Shown: piece by piece, positions 23,701 through 38,700 of the stretch | Layout of the letters: every line of letters begins with the position of its first letter | How positions within the stretch are numbered: the stretch's first letter is position 1 | Origin: Phoronis australis | Lineage: Eukaryota; Animalia; Phoronida | Assembly (NCBI GenBank): GCA_002633005.1 | Contig: NMRA01000524.1 | Location: 126,381 to 190,380 of the forward strand | DNA: 64,000 nucleotides | Direction of reading: 5' to 3' | The notes under the pieces: model-generated | Databases searched by the model: none | Seen by the model: the letters and a program-made list of their open reading frames with translations, nothing else | What the model was told of the DNA's origin: nothing | Program-made: the position numbers and the translations under genes

Positions 23701-26700
23701 AAAACTTAATCCCAAACTTATAAAAAAAATAATTGCAGGCAGTCTGATACACGTTGTATCAGACGTGCGCAGGCCTCGCATGTGGGCCCAATGCACTGAT
23801 CACCTGGAAATATTTTTATGCTTTACTGATGTATGGTTAAAACCGAGCTGAGGAGCTAGAAACCTGGCTCAATGGTTTAGCAGTGTGACATGGTGGGACT
23901 TGAACCCACGACCTCGAGTAAAGAAAGCGGGCACTTATCAACCAGGCCACACTGCCTCCCCAAACTTAGGTCAAACTTTTAAGAAAGAGATCTTAAAAGA
24001 TCTCTTTCTTAAGATCTCTTTCTTGAAACGAAGTTTTATGTTAAAATTGGCTGAAATTTAAGATTTGTCTAAAGTAAGTTAGTTTTCTTGAAACAGTCCC
24101 CTGGTCTTTATTTGTTTCAGGAAGTAATTCCACTGCTTCAGCAATAGTTCGTCCAAAGCTCAGTCAGAAATATTAATCCATCTTTTAAGACGGATTAAAA
24201 TCTCTAGTAATCTGGGTAAGGAAAAAGTCGAGAACAAGTTTGTAATGAATTTCTGGCGAGTAGTCTAAATTGAAAGATATCTTTTTTATGAAGGCGCCCT
24301 CATAGAAACATCGAACACATGAACTCAATAAAAACGTGACGGATACTTTAAATTCAAACTTTACACACTTCAAACCACTCGGCAAATGCATGAACGTCAA
24401 ACAATCGGTTTGTTGCGGTGGGGAGTGGGGTCGAACGTGCCCAAAACAAATGGTTCTCACCAAGCACAATTCTTACCAATGATAAACAGGCTTTTCGATT
24501 TGTCAGGCATGACAACACCTGCACGCAAAATGTCAGCATCATCAAATATTGTTCCATCAAAAGATTAAAGTAATTACAAAAAAATAGGTGGAAAACTGGT
24601 TGAGATTATCTAAGACCTTAATAAATGACCTCAACTCTATAAGTCAAATATTGAAAAACTATGCTTTTTGTCTCACATCAAAAGTTTATATTTTCTGAAT
24701 GGAAAAAGATCGAGGATTCAAAAAATATCCTTCTTACTACTGACAGGACCATGTTTTTTAACTCCAAAAGAACGGTACATTCATAGCAAAATAGCCCCCC
24801 AGTCTTTACTAAAACTTTTTAAATGAAATTAACCTTTATGTTATATCTCAAAAATGCTGTTAGGAACTTGCTTTTAATTATCTAGTTTTCATGTACTGAG
24901 CGATCGCTCGAAACTTAAAGTCTTCCACGTTTCTTCAAGTGAATTTCGATACTAATGAATGATTTTCCCAAGTTTGAAAGAAAACAGTGCATCAAATTTC
25001 ATGTGCATGAATTTGCAACTAAATACTAATTTCTAACCACTTTAAGGCATTGACCTTGACCCTCCAAATCAGAGGTGCATTCCACAACAACAAGTTTCTT
25101 GCCAGTTTGCGGAGATGACGCAAGATCACAGACCGATTTAGTTACGTGTGAGACTTGTGTTCCAAAAGTAAGCTCGTGACATTCAGTGTAAACAGCAAAA
25201 TGGATGACATTGAGTTTATGGGTCGACAAAGCTGGAATGATGAGTTATGCGACAAAATTCCAGATTTCCACACCGCGTGAGATTTTTCACCGCAAATGTC
25301 TTGTGAGTGCCTTACAATTAAGGAATGCGTCCTTGATCACAACACACTGACCTCTTTTGATGTATTCGCTGTTCTGTTCCTTCTCCAGAATTTGATCAAA
25401 AGGGGGCGGGTGTTGTTTGATTGGCTTACCATTGACTCCACCTTCATCCTAAAAAGAAAGAAAGAGAACTGCTAGGGACAGAAACAATAACACCTTCAGT
25501 GTTAAATAAATTACGTCAGTATGAAAACAATATCTGAAACTTATAGTCCATCATATTGACTACTACATTATTTAATGCCTCACTTATTTCGCACAAAACA
25601 AATTAAATGTATTTTTATGATAGTTGGGGAGGGGGGGGGGGGTGAAATAAACTTAATAATATGCAGACTTTATGGTTGAATAGTTGAAAGAGAGTATTAA
25701 ATTAACTGACGAAGTTACCAAGCATTTCCAAGAACCCCTTTCACCTCATACATTTTGTACTACAACTGCATGAGATATCCCATAGAAGTAATGGTGTGTA
25801 TTACTAGGATTTACCATGATAGGACTTCGCCAGCAAAACTGACCACGTGCAAATAACGCGAGGCAATAAATTCCAGTCACGAAGCCTGTTATTTTTCAAA
25901 ATAAATTCATACGTGCGAAATGAGGTGAGTGTGCTACTTTAGTGCAGAATTACTGTAATCTCAGAAATCAGTTGGAAAGCAAACCCTTAAAAAGAAAAAA
26001 TAACACATGCAACAAGATACCACTTCTAAGCATAGGCAGCATCAATAGAGCCAGCCCGGATTACACGGCGATAAAAATCCTTTATCCTTGAGATAAGAAA
26101 GTGCGTGACCTCATTTTGGAAATCAGGCATATTTTCCTGTCGGGAAGGCGAAGAATTTCAGATCACGCGACCAAGGTTATTTGACTGTCCAGTTTATCAA
26201 ACTTTTTTACAGTTGCAGCCCACAGCACAGCAGTAATACTTCGTTGGCATTGGAACGACAAATAGAGTAATGCAACCGGGAAAAACTTGTAAAGAATCAG
26301 ACAACAACAAATAAGACGTGAAACTCCAGTGGCATGAAAACGAGGCAGCAAATGAGCCTGACAAATGTTTACGGCATTGTGGGAAAAATACAATAAGATT
26401 CAAGTGTCACAGTCTAGTCCAGGACAGCCCTATTGCCAGTACAAAGAACTTGTTAAAAAGCAAGGTGGGCCCCAGCCAGTCTTACAAATTCCAAGTGGAC
26501 TAAACGTATGACACAGAACTATTTACAAGGAAAACTCCCCCAATGGCAATCTCTGTCAGAACATACCTATAGGAAATATCTTGCTCTCTAAATCTAACAA
26601 AGTGCCACTGACACTCTATTGCATGCATAGTGTGAGTCTGCACGCTCACTTCATATTCAAAACTTGGCCGCTTAGAAAAGAACCTTGTCATTTGGAAACG

Positions 26701-29700
26701 ATTGAAAATCCTCAAGTTCGTAACAGGAAGGCTAGGATAATGTCTTTACTGAATGAAAACTGTTGACAGATCCGTGTCTCACATTACAGAAAGTCCTTGG
26801 CGCTTACATGAGCCTAAAAATTGAAAGTTTTTGACCTGTTCTGTCAAAGTCACCAACAGAATGACAATAATTCTGTCCAAAATTGGTAGAATTTTACTAA
26901 AGTAATCTGCTATCACTTGGCCATATGAATAGAAGGTTCGATAACAAGATTTCTGTTCATTAAATCTGCATTTCCCAATGTTGTATTGGCTGAAAACAAA
27001 AATCAAATCAGACCGTGTACTCTTATATAATTAGGCTCATAATAGTCCTAACTGGGAAAGGATTCTGTTTCAGTTACCAATTTCATACAGGTTACGAGCA
27101 ATGCGCACAAGTGCAATATTCTAATTTGCAATTTTAGGGTAGGTCAACCCCAGTGAACTCCAAACCATTTTATCAAGTTGCGTTTCATCAAGTTGCTGGT
27201 AGTTTCGATGTTCTTCTTAGTAAGGAAAATAAAGTCCTATCATGGTAAGGAATATCATGTAACCAAATTCATGACAGTAAGAGGCCTAATTCATTTTTTA
27301 GCCACCTTCAATTTTGTAAATGCAGACAGTTTCATGTATCCTTCCCATTTACCTCAAAAGCATTACTGAGACAGCTTGACAATGCAGGCGCACTAGAGGA
27401 AATACCAGCTAGAACTGAATGGTTGTTGAATGTTCTGTCGGGTGGGAGGGCGGAGGTAATGACATGATTGACAGGCCGGCCCAAAGATGGGTAGTCCCCA
27501 GCCATGTGCATGGATGTCTGGGCGGGCGTGGTTCTGGAGGCGATGTGACTAGTGGATTGAGCAGTTGTCTGAATGCCATTCTGGAAACACAAACAAATCA
27601 AGAACTTATAAATAAATCATAATAATACAATACCACAAGACATAGAAATAATGCAAAAAGTAAGTTTTCATTTTGCTATCATTTCTAGAATGCTCTCCGT
27701 CTGTGCCTAAACAGCTTAGACTTACAAAAAAACCAAAAAAATTTGCTGTTGATTTAGGAATTAGCTTGGAAATTCAAGCCAAGAGTCTCGAAAAATTGTG
27801 TGCACGCACTTGCAGACCCAAAATATTCAACTTTGCTCAAACTTGAAACATGATAAAAGACGGTTTAGCTCGCCAAAATGACTGCCAATGAACTCCAGAA
27901 CATGAACACTTCACAGCCAAAACAAAACACGCCATGACACTGGAACGTGGCAGTGGCAGATCTATGACTTTTTCGATGACGCATTTACTGACAAATAGCA
28001 TTGTGGCACCATTTTGGTTTGCTGATGGTGCATATTTTTTTCTTTGGTTGCTCTATACATCTGCCACTTACATGTTCATGACCCAATACAATATTATTAT
28101 AATGAGTAAAATTAATTTTCATCTTGCGATATATATGCACAATCAATAAACACAAACAGCAAGCAAATATTAAACAAAATTAGACCAAAAGAGCGAGACA
28201 CACACAACCAAGTAAAATATAATATTTGTCAAACAAACTATTCCGCATTTTGTTCAGCAGTGTTGCTACATACAATTCTGAATTCAAGAAAATTCACAAT
28301 TAAGATGTCATCTCAACCCAGCAATCTCTTCAATGACCATTTTGATGTTTTAGACCCAAATGAATAAAATTCAATTGCCAAAATTAAAAATAATAATCAA
28401 AACCAGACTTTATATAGCAGCACTTTACTAGATGCTTTGGGCTTTATGGAACTGGTAAATCTCAACCAACTAAGTAGAGAGCACACAACTTCATTTGGTA
28501 AATGTTTCAAGACCTGTCTCCATGGTTACCTGAATGGGAAGAAACTCCAAGAACTGGGAAACTATTGGCGATTCTGTGCGACCACGACCACGGCCACGCA
28601 GTTCTATTTTTAATTCGAGTCCAAATCGCGCCATAACAGCGTCATACCCGTCATACCAAAACATCCATGTTGCAATAGTGGCGATGACATCATGCCACTG
28701 TCACCACTACTAAGGTGATGACATCATGAATTATAATCACGTGTTGTAGCAACCGTACAACGCAACAACGGCAATGGGAAGTTAGGGATAAGACCGGAGC
28801 AGCAGGAATGACAAGATGTGATGGATATGGGGAAACATTTAGACGCTAAGGTAGGAGACAGGTTAGGAAAAACCTGAGGCGCACATTATAACAAAATTAA
28901 TGCAAAGTGTACAGAAATCAGAAATGAAATGGGAAAAGTCATGACAAGTGTGTATAAAACTAAAAGTGATGGAATCAGTAGACAAGATGGAAATAGAGAG
29001 TGGATGCAAATGTTGGAGAACTACAGCTCCCCCTAGTGAGAGGATAACTGTCAAGACTGCAGACTGCATGAAACAGAAAGCCCTAAAATGACAAATTCGT
29101 GAGTGATTAATTTCTCTAAGCACCTTTATCACTCACAATGTGATGAAGGGTCACATGTTGTGTATAGATTGTTATTGGCATCTTTATTTTTAACATGTAA
29201 CGAATGGAACATTTGGCAACAGCAATGTTGAGTTTCCAAAAAGGACACTGGTTTCAAGTTACTAAGAATGTGCAAACCACAAGACCAGACAAGACACAGT
29301 AACAGTGTCGTGAGTGAAACGCAATGCATAGAAGACCGACTTTGAGGATTAAAACAGAACAAAAAACAGAACAGCTGAATCACGTGGCTTGGATTGCGTT
29401 GATAAACAGATAGGACATGAAGCTCTGCGTTAGAATGAAAGAGACTGAGAAGTCTGAAAGACAATAAGCGGACGAAATTTTAAAAGGAAAGGAAAACAAA
29501 TGGGTTCAGGGTAAGTAAAGGGTTGCTTGATCAGGTTAACATCAGTACTCATAACATGAAAAAAGACACTCAAAAGCAGGAAACATTTTCATCTCTGAAA
29601 ACAGATTATTCATCGGCCATCTTTTGACTTGCCATTCTTGTAATAACACAATTGCAGGGAGCTAGGTGCAAAGTACTAGAAAATTAAACAGCAGCGACTC

Positions 29701-32700
29701 TTCCACAGGCATTATAGGTGGGGGGTCCACACTAATACCACACCACTGTTTCCGTGAAAATGGGTGCCAGAGAAAAATGATAAAATCCCCCCGAATCACC
29801 TGACCTCCATCATTTAGTCACCAGAGACTATTCTAGGAAGCTGTTGCACCCACTCGAGATGTTACTCGAGGTAGAAAATACCCGCCAAAGTTGGCTGCGT
29901 GTCCCTACCAACCCCTCCTAAGGAAGAGTGCATTGAGATTTATCCTTACCCAGTGGCCATTCATAAGGTCTTGTTGTCGTTGTTGAGCTGTGGAAATCTC
30001 CACGTGTCGCTGGAGACTACCAGGAGAGAGATTGTTGCGAAAGTTTAGTGGCGCATCCCTCTTGATCATGCGAAGATGAGCATACTGTTCTGTTTCACCT
30101 AATGAATACATAACATTGCTCAAGTGTACGAAAATAATTATTGTTAGTATTGTAGCAATGTTCTACACTATGTCAACTTATGAACATATTATATTGATCA
30201 CGTGAATCCCTATGCATGGCAAAATTTCTAACAATTTATAAATTTAAATTCAGCATTTGATTGCATTTCGACCTTTCCTTCTTGTCGCCCATTTTGGTTT
30301 TACCTGACGTGTGCTACCTTCAAAGACATTGATTTCACTACTGGAAAAAGTGTACACGACTGTCAGACTTTGCAAAGAAATGATCATTAAGATAACTTTA
30401 GTTTGTAAACTATTTCGCTACTGAGTTCAAAGCAACTTGGCTTAGCTTCATAAGAATGTAAAATTGGTAACGGCAGAAGCACAAGAAGTGGACGAAATTG
30501 GTGGTGGCTATTTTCAACTCATTTGTCCTCTCAAAATTATAATTTGTGAGATACATTTATTAAGTCTTCGCCACAGTTGCCTATCCACAATAAGTCAGTG
30601 CACTCGAAACTATGAAATAATTACAAATGCCCAATAGTTTAATTACAACAGTTTGAGTTCATTACCAATCACATCATCATCACGTGACTATGCAGTCTGT
30701 GCAATGTAACAGAAACCTGTTGCCACAATTTGATATCTAAACTGCAGAAAACAACCCTCTGCAGAAGAATCGAAGTGCCCATATTGTGAGATGAACTGCC
30801 GTATGACAGTTGTGTTCGCAGAGAAATTACGCCGAGAATACAGGCTTTTAATAGTAAAATAAATGTTTTCAGGTAATATTCAATAAGTTGAGTCACACCT
30901 CAAACAACTACTAGCAAGTTACCTGTGCCAGTTGCTTGATTACTTATGTGCCTCGCCACAAACTGTGCCGTAAAGGTTGGCTCTCGATAGGTGGCGCCAC
31001 CACTCGTAGTTACGACGGGCTTACGAGTGAAACGGAAGTGTGCTGCAGTCAAACAGAGAAGTGCACGTGCTATTAGGACAACTAACACACAACACAGCAT
31101 GACACGACACGACACGACACGACACGACACGACACTCAACAGGTTAGACAAGTCCACTGACAATTGTTACATGCGATTGTCTAATTAATCAAATGGGGAG
31201 AAATTTAAACTCCAACAAGGTATCAAACATTCATACAATGTGTCAAACATCAAACATCGAGACACTTTTTGCAAAAAAATTCTGAGTTATATTCCGAAAC
31301 ATTTCTCATGTCAATACATAACAACAACATTCAGTACAGAAATTTTAAAACAAAAAATAAACCTTGAGTCCATATTCACCAATGTTCTAAAATGCATTGC
31401 CACTGCTACTCTATATCTCTGAGTTTGTGAATTCATGAACAAATATGTCTGACTACGTTTCCCTGTGGGTGCACACTACTTTTCTCGAAGAGTTACTGAC
31501 ATGTTGAAGAATTTGCTACCATGCAACAGAGATCAGATGATATGCAGCATTACCGCACAAATCTCACGAATTCAGAACAAAATATGGCCAACAAGAGAAA
31601 TTTTATTGTATAATTTATTCCATGAAACATTACGTAGCACAAAATTAAATGATGTTAAACAGCTGCCATAAAAAAAATTTGAAAAATCGAAGGCAAACTC
31701 ACAAAAATGTTATAAGTCTTTGAATGATGAAAAAAGGGCATTTCTGGCAATTGTCCATTGCTTTTACTGTTCTTGTAATGTACTGGCATCTGACATGTTT
31801 TTTGTCATCATACAGCCAAATCCCTTAAGTTTTACTTATAGGCAGACACTGAACTAGTCCTTGAATACTTATTCAAGTACTTTTTGTCAAATCCTGATAA
31901 TTAAAAGTAATTACTAAGTTTAAAATAACGAGTTAATGTTCACGGCCTGCTACTTTATAACAGGTGAGTCAACTTTCACCGAATAGTCATTATAGTTTAG
32001 AAATTTGTTCTGAATGTTTCCCATAAAAGCGTAAATGTCTAAGTCTGAATATAGTCACATCTTCACATATCAGGCACAGGCGTCTAAACAAACCCACCTA
32101 ATATGGTAGTATGAAGACAGTGACCTAGTAGTTAATTTTGGTACTTCAAATTCAAGGATAAAACAGCAACACTTCGGTATGGGCTAAGTGACTGAAGTCT
32201 GGGATCTCGAGGGAACTGGGAAATATTCACATTTCTTTGTACGAAAGTGTATTAAGTAAAAATGAATAAGAAATCAATATGACTTAGTCACACTGTAACT
32301 ATAACAAGTCGTTTGCTATCTGGGCAGAAAGTAAAATGTGACTCCAAATAATTAAAACGAAATAGTGTCACACAAAGCAGTAAAAAACTTTAAATAATAA
32401 AATGATTTTTTATAATTCAAAAACAACAACAAAAGTTGACAAAATAGGACTGACAACAAAGTCTAACTGGAATTTATCACAGTACAAACCTGGTAGTAAG
32501 ATTTTATTGATCATGAGAGCTAGTTTCAATAAAAGAAAATCTTCCAGTAAGCAATTTGCAATGAAATTGACTATTCTATGATAAATTCACTTCAACTTAA
32601 TTAACTTGTTACCGTAACCGTTTGGGAAGTACACAGAATGATGTCAAAAATTTAACATTAAAATTGTTGAGCATCTATGATATAACAGTTCTAAGTAAAT

Positions 32701-35700
32701 TGAAACTTGCAGCGACCTCTTATAAGCAATCAAAATGACTTGAGTGACATCTTGAGAGTAGTTTTATCACTACTACCATCTTGTAAGTAGTTATGGCGAT
32801 ATCTCATAAGTATGACCACTCCTCACTTATGGCAATATCTCATAGGTATGACCACTCCTCACTTATTTAGAACACACAAGATGACTGATAAGTGAAATTC
32901 TGTTTAATCAATGGCAATGATTAAGAACATGTTAGTCTATGGTTTGCAGTGTTTAGACGTCCTAAAACAACATTTGCTAATTAAATTCTCATTATTTGCA
33001 AAAAAGTAATCAGGCAAATGGAAAAGTGAGTGTTTTGGCTATTATTTGTGTGTGAAATGAGTAGAAAATTACTGTAATTTCTGCACACCATTGTTTTTAT
33101 AAATTAATTATGTTGTCAAAATTTGGGAATACTACGGGGCTGCATGCTGTTAGCTACTACACCGTGCGTTTGAATTATACAGTAACAAACAACAATCACA
33201 CTATCATATCTCTAGCCTACAAGATGTAAGTACATTAGATTCCAACAGATGGCAGGTCAAAATAACATGCCATTATCTTATTGGCTGCTACTACTACAGT
33301 GCTGTCTTGTCTCCTCACCTTTGGGTGGTTCATTCTTGGCCAGATCACCACTCTTGATATAAGCATCAGTCAGAGCTTCCAGGTATTCGGTCTAAAAAGA
33401 TACAGATAAAGGTAGACAACAGGAATATGTAACTAGCAGCTGAATGTTTTGGATCATGTGATATAGTCTAATTAAATCCTTTTCCAAAAGAGGTCGCACC
33501 TGCTGCCAAGGAAATGTTAAAGTCTTTTTAACATATGGTGACCATTACATGAACAAATAAATAAATATCAAGCTATTACAAAGTTTTGAAAAAAGTTGAC
33601 AAAAACTTACCATTTTGGAATTTGTTGTTCAGATTGTCATCTGCATTTCCAATCATGCAGTGTCACTTGATGAAAAAGACTAAATTTTGGAGAACTAATA
33701 TGTTTGGAACAAAAAATACAAAATGAAGCATTATCAAGTAGTGTAGTTACAAGGATTATTTTGGATATGAGCATGCATCAATACACTGACTGAGTCATCA
33801 AACACGTGTGTGCACACTTAACATGGCTGTTAATATGTTGGTGGACTGTATCCCATGAATACAATAGACTGTCCTCTTCCACGCCAAAGATCAGGTGATT
33901 CAAAAAGCTGCGTGTACCACACAACCATGCGGTCATATACAAAAAAGCCCACAAACAACGGATCGGGGAGAACATGCAAATCGGGTGTTAATCAGCATTC
34001 TCTTGACCAGAATACCAACTTTTTTCAGTGAAATGCCGTTAGTCAATCTTCATGCAGGTTCAATGCTAAACGAATCAACGCCACACAATAAGAGAATCAA
34101 TGGAGGCTGTAAGGACATTTTCAGGACTCCAGCATTAGAGAGGGGATCAAACCGGCCTACCTTTACAGCGACAGGAAGTGCTTCATCGGGGCACTCTTTG
34201 GATGATGAGTCATTTGAATCATCCTACAGATGGAGACACCAATCAAGATGTCATTAATAGACTTGAGATTTTGCATCTCGCCATAGTGACACCGGCAAAG
34301 CAGCGGGATAGCGGGAAGGGTAAGGCAAGTGGGGCTCGGAAATTTGAATTTTACAAGTGAGATGGATGATGGGAATTTGGAATATTAATAAGTTAGTTGT
34401 TAGTGGGAGTTGTCAAAACTTTAGGACTTACTGTAATCGGGTGGATATCAGGTGAAAATTTTTTTNACAACAAAGTCTAACTGGATATTATCACGGTACA
34501 AACCTGGTAGTAAGATTTTATTGATCATGAGAGCTAGTTTCAATAAAAGAAAATCTTCCAGTCAGCAATTTGCAATGAAATTGACTATTCTTTGATAAAT
34601 TCACTTCAACGGAATGAACTTGTTACCGTAACCATTTGGGAAGTACACAGAATGATGTCAAAAATTCAACAACATTGAAATTGTTGACCATCTATGATCT
34701 AACAATTTTAAGTAAATTGAAACTTGCAGCGATGTCTTATAAGCAATCAAAACGACTTGAGCGACATCTTGAGAGTAGTTTGATCACTACTACCATCTTG
34801 TAAGTAGTTATAGCGATATCTCATAGGTATGACCATTCCTCACTTATTTAGAACACACAATATGACTGATAAGTGAAATTCTGTTTAATCAATGACAATG
34901 ATTAAGAACATGTTAGTCTATGGTTTGCAGTGTTTAGACGTCCTAAAACAACATCTGCTAATTAAATTCTCATTATTTGCAAAAAAGTAATCAAGCAAAT
35001 GGAAAAGTGAATGTTTTGGCTATTATTTGTGTGTGAAATTAGTAGAAAATTACTGTAATTTCTGCACACCATTGTTTTTATAAATTAATTATGTTGTCAA
35101 AATTTGGGAATTCAATACTACGGGGCTGCATGCTGTTAGCTACTACACCGTGCGTTTGAATTATACAGTAACAAACAACAATCACACTATCATATCTCTA
35201 ACCTACAAGACGTAAGTTCATTAGTTTCCAACAAATGGCAGGTCAAAATAACATGCCATTATCTTATTGGCTGCTACTACTACAGTGCTGTCTTGTCTCC
35301 TCACCTTTGGGTGGTTCATTCTTGGCCAGATCACCACTCTTGATATAAGCATCAGTCAGAGCTTCCAGGTACTCGGTCTAAAAAGATACAGATAAAGGTA
35401 GACAACAGGAATATGTAACTAGCAGCTGAATGTTTTGGATCATGTGATATAGTCTAATTAAATCCTTTTCCAAAAGAGGTCGCACCTGCTGCCAGGGAAA
35501 TGTTAATGTCTTTTTAACATATGGTGACCATTACATGAACAAATAAATAAATATCAAGCTATTACAAAGTTTTGAAAAAAGTTGACAAAAACTTACCACT
35601 TTGGAATTTGTTGTTCAGATTGTCATCTGCATTTCCAATCATGCAGTGTCACTTGATGAAAAAGACTAAATTTTGGAGAACTAATATGTTTGGAACAAAA

Positions 35701-38700
35701 AATACAAAATGAAGCATTATCAAGTAGTGTAATTGCAAGGATTATTTTGGACATGAGCATGCATCAATACAGTGACTGAGTCATCAAACACGTGCGTGCA
35801 CACTTAACATGGCTGTTAATATGTTGGTGGACTGTATCCCATGAATACAATACTGTCCTCTTCCACGCCAAAGATCAGGTGATTCAAAAAGCTGCGTGTA
35901 CCTCACAACCATGCGGTCATATACAAAAAAGCCCACAAACAACGGATCGGGGAGAACATGCAAATCGGGTGTTAATCAGCATTCTCTTGACCAGAATACC
36001 AACTTTTTTCAGTGAAATGTCGTTAGTCAATCTTCATGCAGGTTCAATGCTAAACGAATCAACGCCACACAATAAGAGAATCAATGGAGGCTGTAAGGAC
36101 ATTTTCAGGACTCCAGCATTAGAGAGGGGATCAAACCGGCCTACCTTTACAGCGACAGGAAGTGCTTCATCGGGGCACTCTTTGGATGATGAGTCATTTG
36201 AATCATCCTACAGATGGAGACACCAATCAAGATGTCATTAATAGACTTGAGATTTTGCATCTCGCCATAGTGACACCGGCAAAGCAGCGGGATAGCGGGA
36301 AGGGTAAGGCAAGTGGGGCTCGGAAATTTGAATTTTACAAGTGAGATGGATGATGGGAATTTGGAATATTAATAAGTTAGTTGTTAGTGGGAGTTGTCAA
36401 AACTTTAGGACTTACTGTAATCGGGTGGATATCAGGTGAAAATTTTTTTAAAATGTAAAAAATTCAAGCATTGCAGCCAAACACTTATTTATGAAAAAAC
36501 AGATTCAATGACACGTTTAAAATGCGTGCTGTTCAAGTGGAATATTTCTACCACAAACAAAAACTCGTACAAAATTGTGTTTAATTAAATGCGCAACTTA
36601 ACGTAGGCACATAAACCAGGATGTGACTTAAGCTACGGTTGAGAGCCGACAACGCAGCACAGTCCAACATCAGCTTATCAACATAGCAAAGGCAGACACA
36701 CGAGGTTCACTCGGTGCTCAATAAATGAGGCACAAGCACACTTGAAGGTGTAGAGAAAGACTCCAGACAAAGGTGCATTCAACCTTAACTTTATAGTTGT
36801 ACAGAAGCAAGGCAACTGGGCAGAGAAACCGAAAGAAAACTAAGCGTAAGAGATCAGTGTCTGAGGCTCATTTTCCAAAAAAGCTATTAATTTTTTTTGC
36901 ACCAAACCTGTTGAACACAACAGTTAAACAGTGAATTCCCAATGCATCACACCTGAATTGTCACAAGTTCTTGAAAATTTCTTGTTTCCAATGGTAATTT
37001 GCATAAATTCTGAGCTTACAACTAAGAAATGAGCCACGGATCTCCTTAAGAACCAAAAACCCTTCACATTTAGCACCTGAGAGGTATTGCTAGTATGCAT
37101 AAAAACTCTGAGCATAGAATGTACTGAAACTCATTCTAAAAAATAAAAGCTAAATTAATAAAAGCCACGTGGGAAGCCACAAATCCTGCAAACTACAAAA
37201 CCAGTGAGTGCTTTGAGTCTACCATGATCCCAAATTGCGTCTATCACCCCGAGATGAGTCGACCATCCCAAGTAATTCTACATCAGTCCGTATGTATCTA
37301 ACCTACGTGCACTGAAACAGAACTAAAACTCCGTGCTAAATAAACTTACTTCTCGGAGCAGTTTCTCTTTCTGAGCAGGAAATCAAATAAAGTTTCCAAT
37401 TAAAACTTGACTACATTTATAAATCTGAACCAATGAGGTGACTGTCATTTAATCAAGACTGTCTGTAACAGTATCAGTCAGTAATCAAGCACTAATCATT
37501 TGCCTGACATTTTGTTTTGGGGTGACGCATGTTCTTGTTTTTGTTTTCAAAAAACAAATGTTTGTTCTTAACACAATTTAGATAAAATGACTTCATGACT
37601 TTCCTCATAGATTCTATTACTTTTCCAGGACTTTTGTTGTATAATGGACTTATAACACTGAAATGTCTAGACTTAAACAGACACAACTTTAAAATTACAA
37701 GACTTTTTCAAACTGTACAAAACAATTCTACAGTGTCAAAAGAATCAGCCAATTCATTCAAATCGTCGATTTGTCCAAAGCATTATGAAGATACCTACCC
37801 CGGTTTGCTCCGACAGATATTTAACACACAGCACCAGAAATGGCTTCCAGAAAGTCAAGTTTTCAAAAACAGGGTACGGTTACCATAATTCTTCGATAAT
37901 TATTTCGCACAAAAAAATGCCGTTTTTCTATTTTTCAAAGATTACAAACAATGGAAACTTCACCGGCTGAGCTTTTATGACATCCAACCCAGCGAACAGA
38001 CTAAACTTATAAATGTTGGTGAGAATTTTGACAAAACAGAATTTCACTTACCGATACATTGTGGTAAATAAGTGAAGAATTATGGTACACAATGTTTTAG
38101 TCACAGCACGGGATTGAACAGGACTTCATTTTAACTGGGTACACACAGACCGTTAGCAAAACACAAGCAGAGCACAAAATAGGATACAGAAAATACATTT
38201 GACTGCATAATATGAATCAAATAATTAATAGAGATCTATATATTAAACTGAATCAAGCACTTTATTAATGTGTGGTATCAGTACGCATAGCCAAGATTTG
38301 TCCCCGAGATGAATCACAACTTACACAAGATCAGGGCCCAAGTTGAATGTTATGGAATCAGAGCGGCGACAGCCAACCAAGCTGGTCTCTGAGTAATTTC
38401 ATCAGGTTGTTAGATTACAAATTGATCGTTTCTTATTTTTTACAACCAGAAAAGCATTAATACCTCGACAGTTTTGGCTCCTCTCAGCAGCCATCTTCCG
38501 AAGTTATTGGTCATTAGGAAGCGTGGTGATCATGAGGCTGTTCCAAATTTTAGACAAGTTATACCCCCCCCAGTAGTCCCTGTTCACAACAAAAGATGGC
38601 TGCTGATAGGAGCAGGAACTGTCAAAGTACTTAATAATGCTTTTCTGGTTGTGAAAATAAGAAACAATCAATTTCCAACCAAGCTGGTACTGTACCAATA

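Larger units (their letters stand above)
32453..36449. repeat. ~2-kb direct duplication flanking gap n34466 (probably two haplotypes assembled in tandem); duplicates two AGBL exons
   Basis: 32453-34465 and 34467-36449 are near-identical, with scattered SNPs and small indels; the junction is a single n. Confidence 0.9.

Noticed and set aside
23891-23959. Functional tRNA genes (also 14523-14604)
   Set aside because: A/B-box-like motifs are present, but acceptor stems and D arms do not fold; treated as SINE or pseudogene fragments.
28530-28697. Possible 168-nt phase 0-0 AGBL cassette exon ([18 protein letters not shown]...FLPIQ)
   Set aside because: The frame is open and the donor is good (CAG|gtaacc), but the acceptor is purine-rich (tagtggtgacag). 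Not called without RNA evidence.
33895-34257. 120-149 aa plus-strand ORFs (also 35792-36241)
   Set aside because: No recognisable motif, starts differ between the two copies, and they overlap an antisense AGBL exon.
33319-36207. Real tandem exon duplication or mutually exclusive exons in AGBL
   Set aside because: The copies abut a single-n gap, are near-identical including introns, and the same pattern occurs at two other gaps. Haplotype overlap is the simpler explanation.
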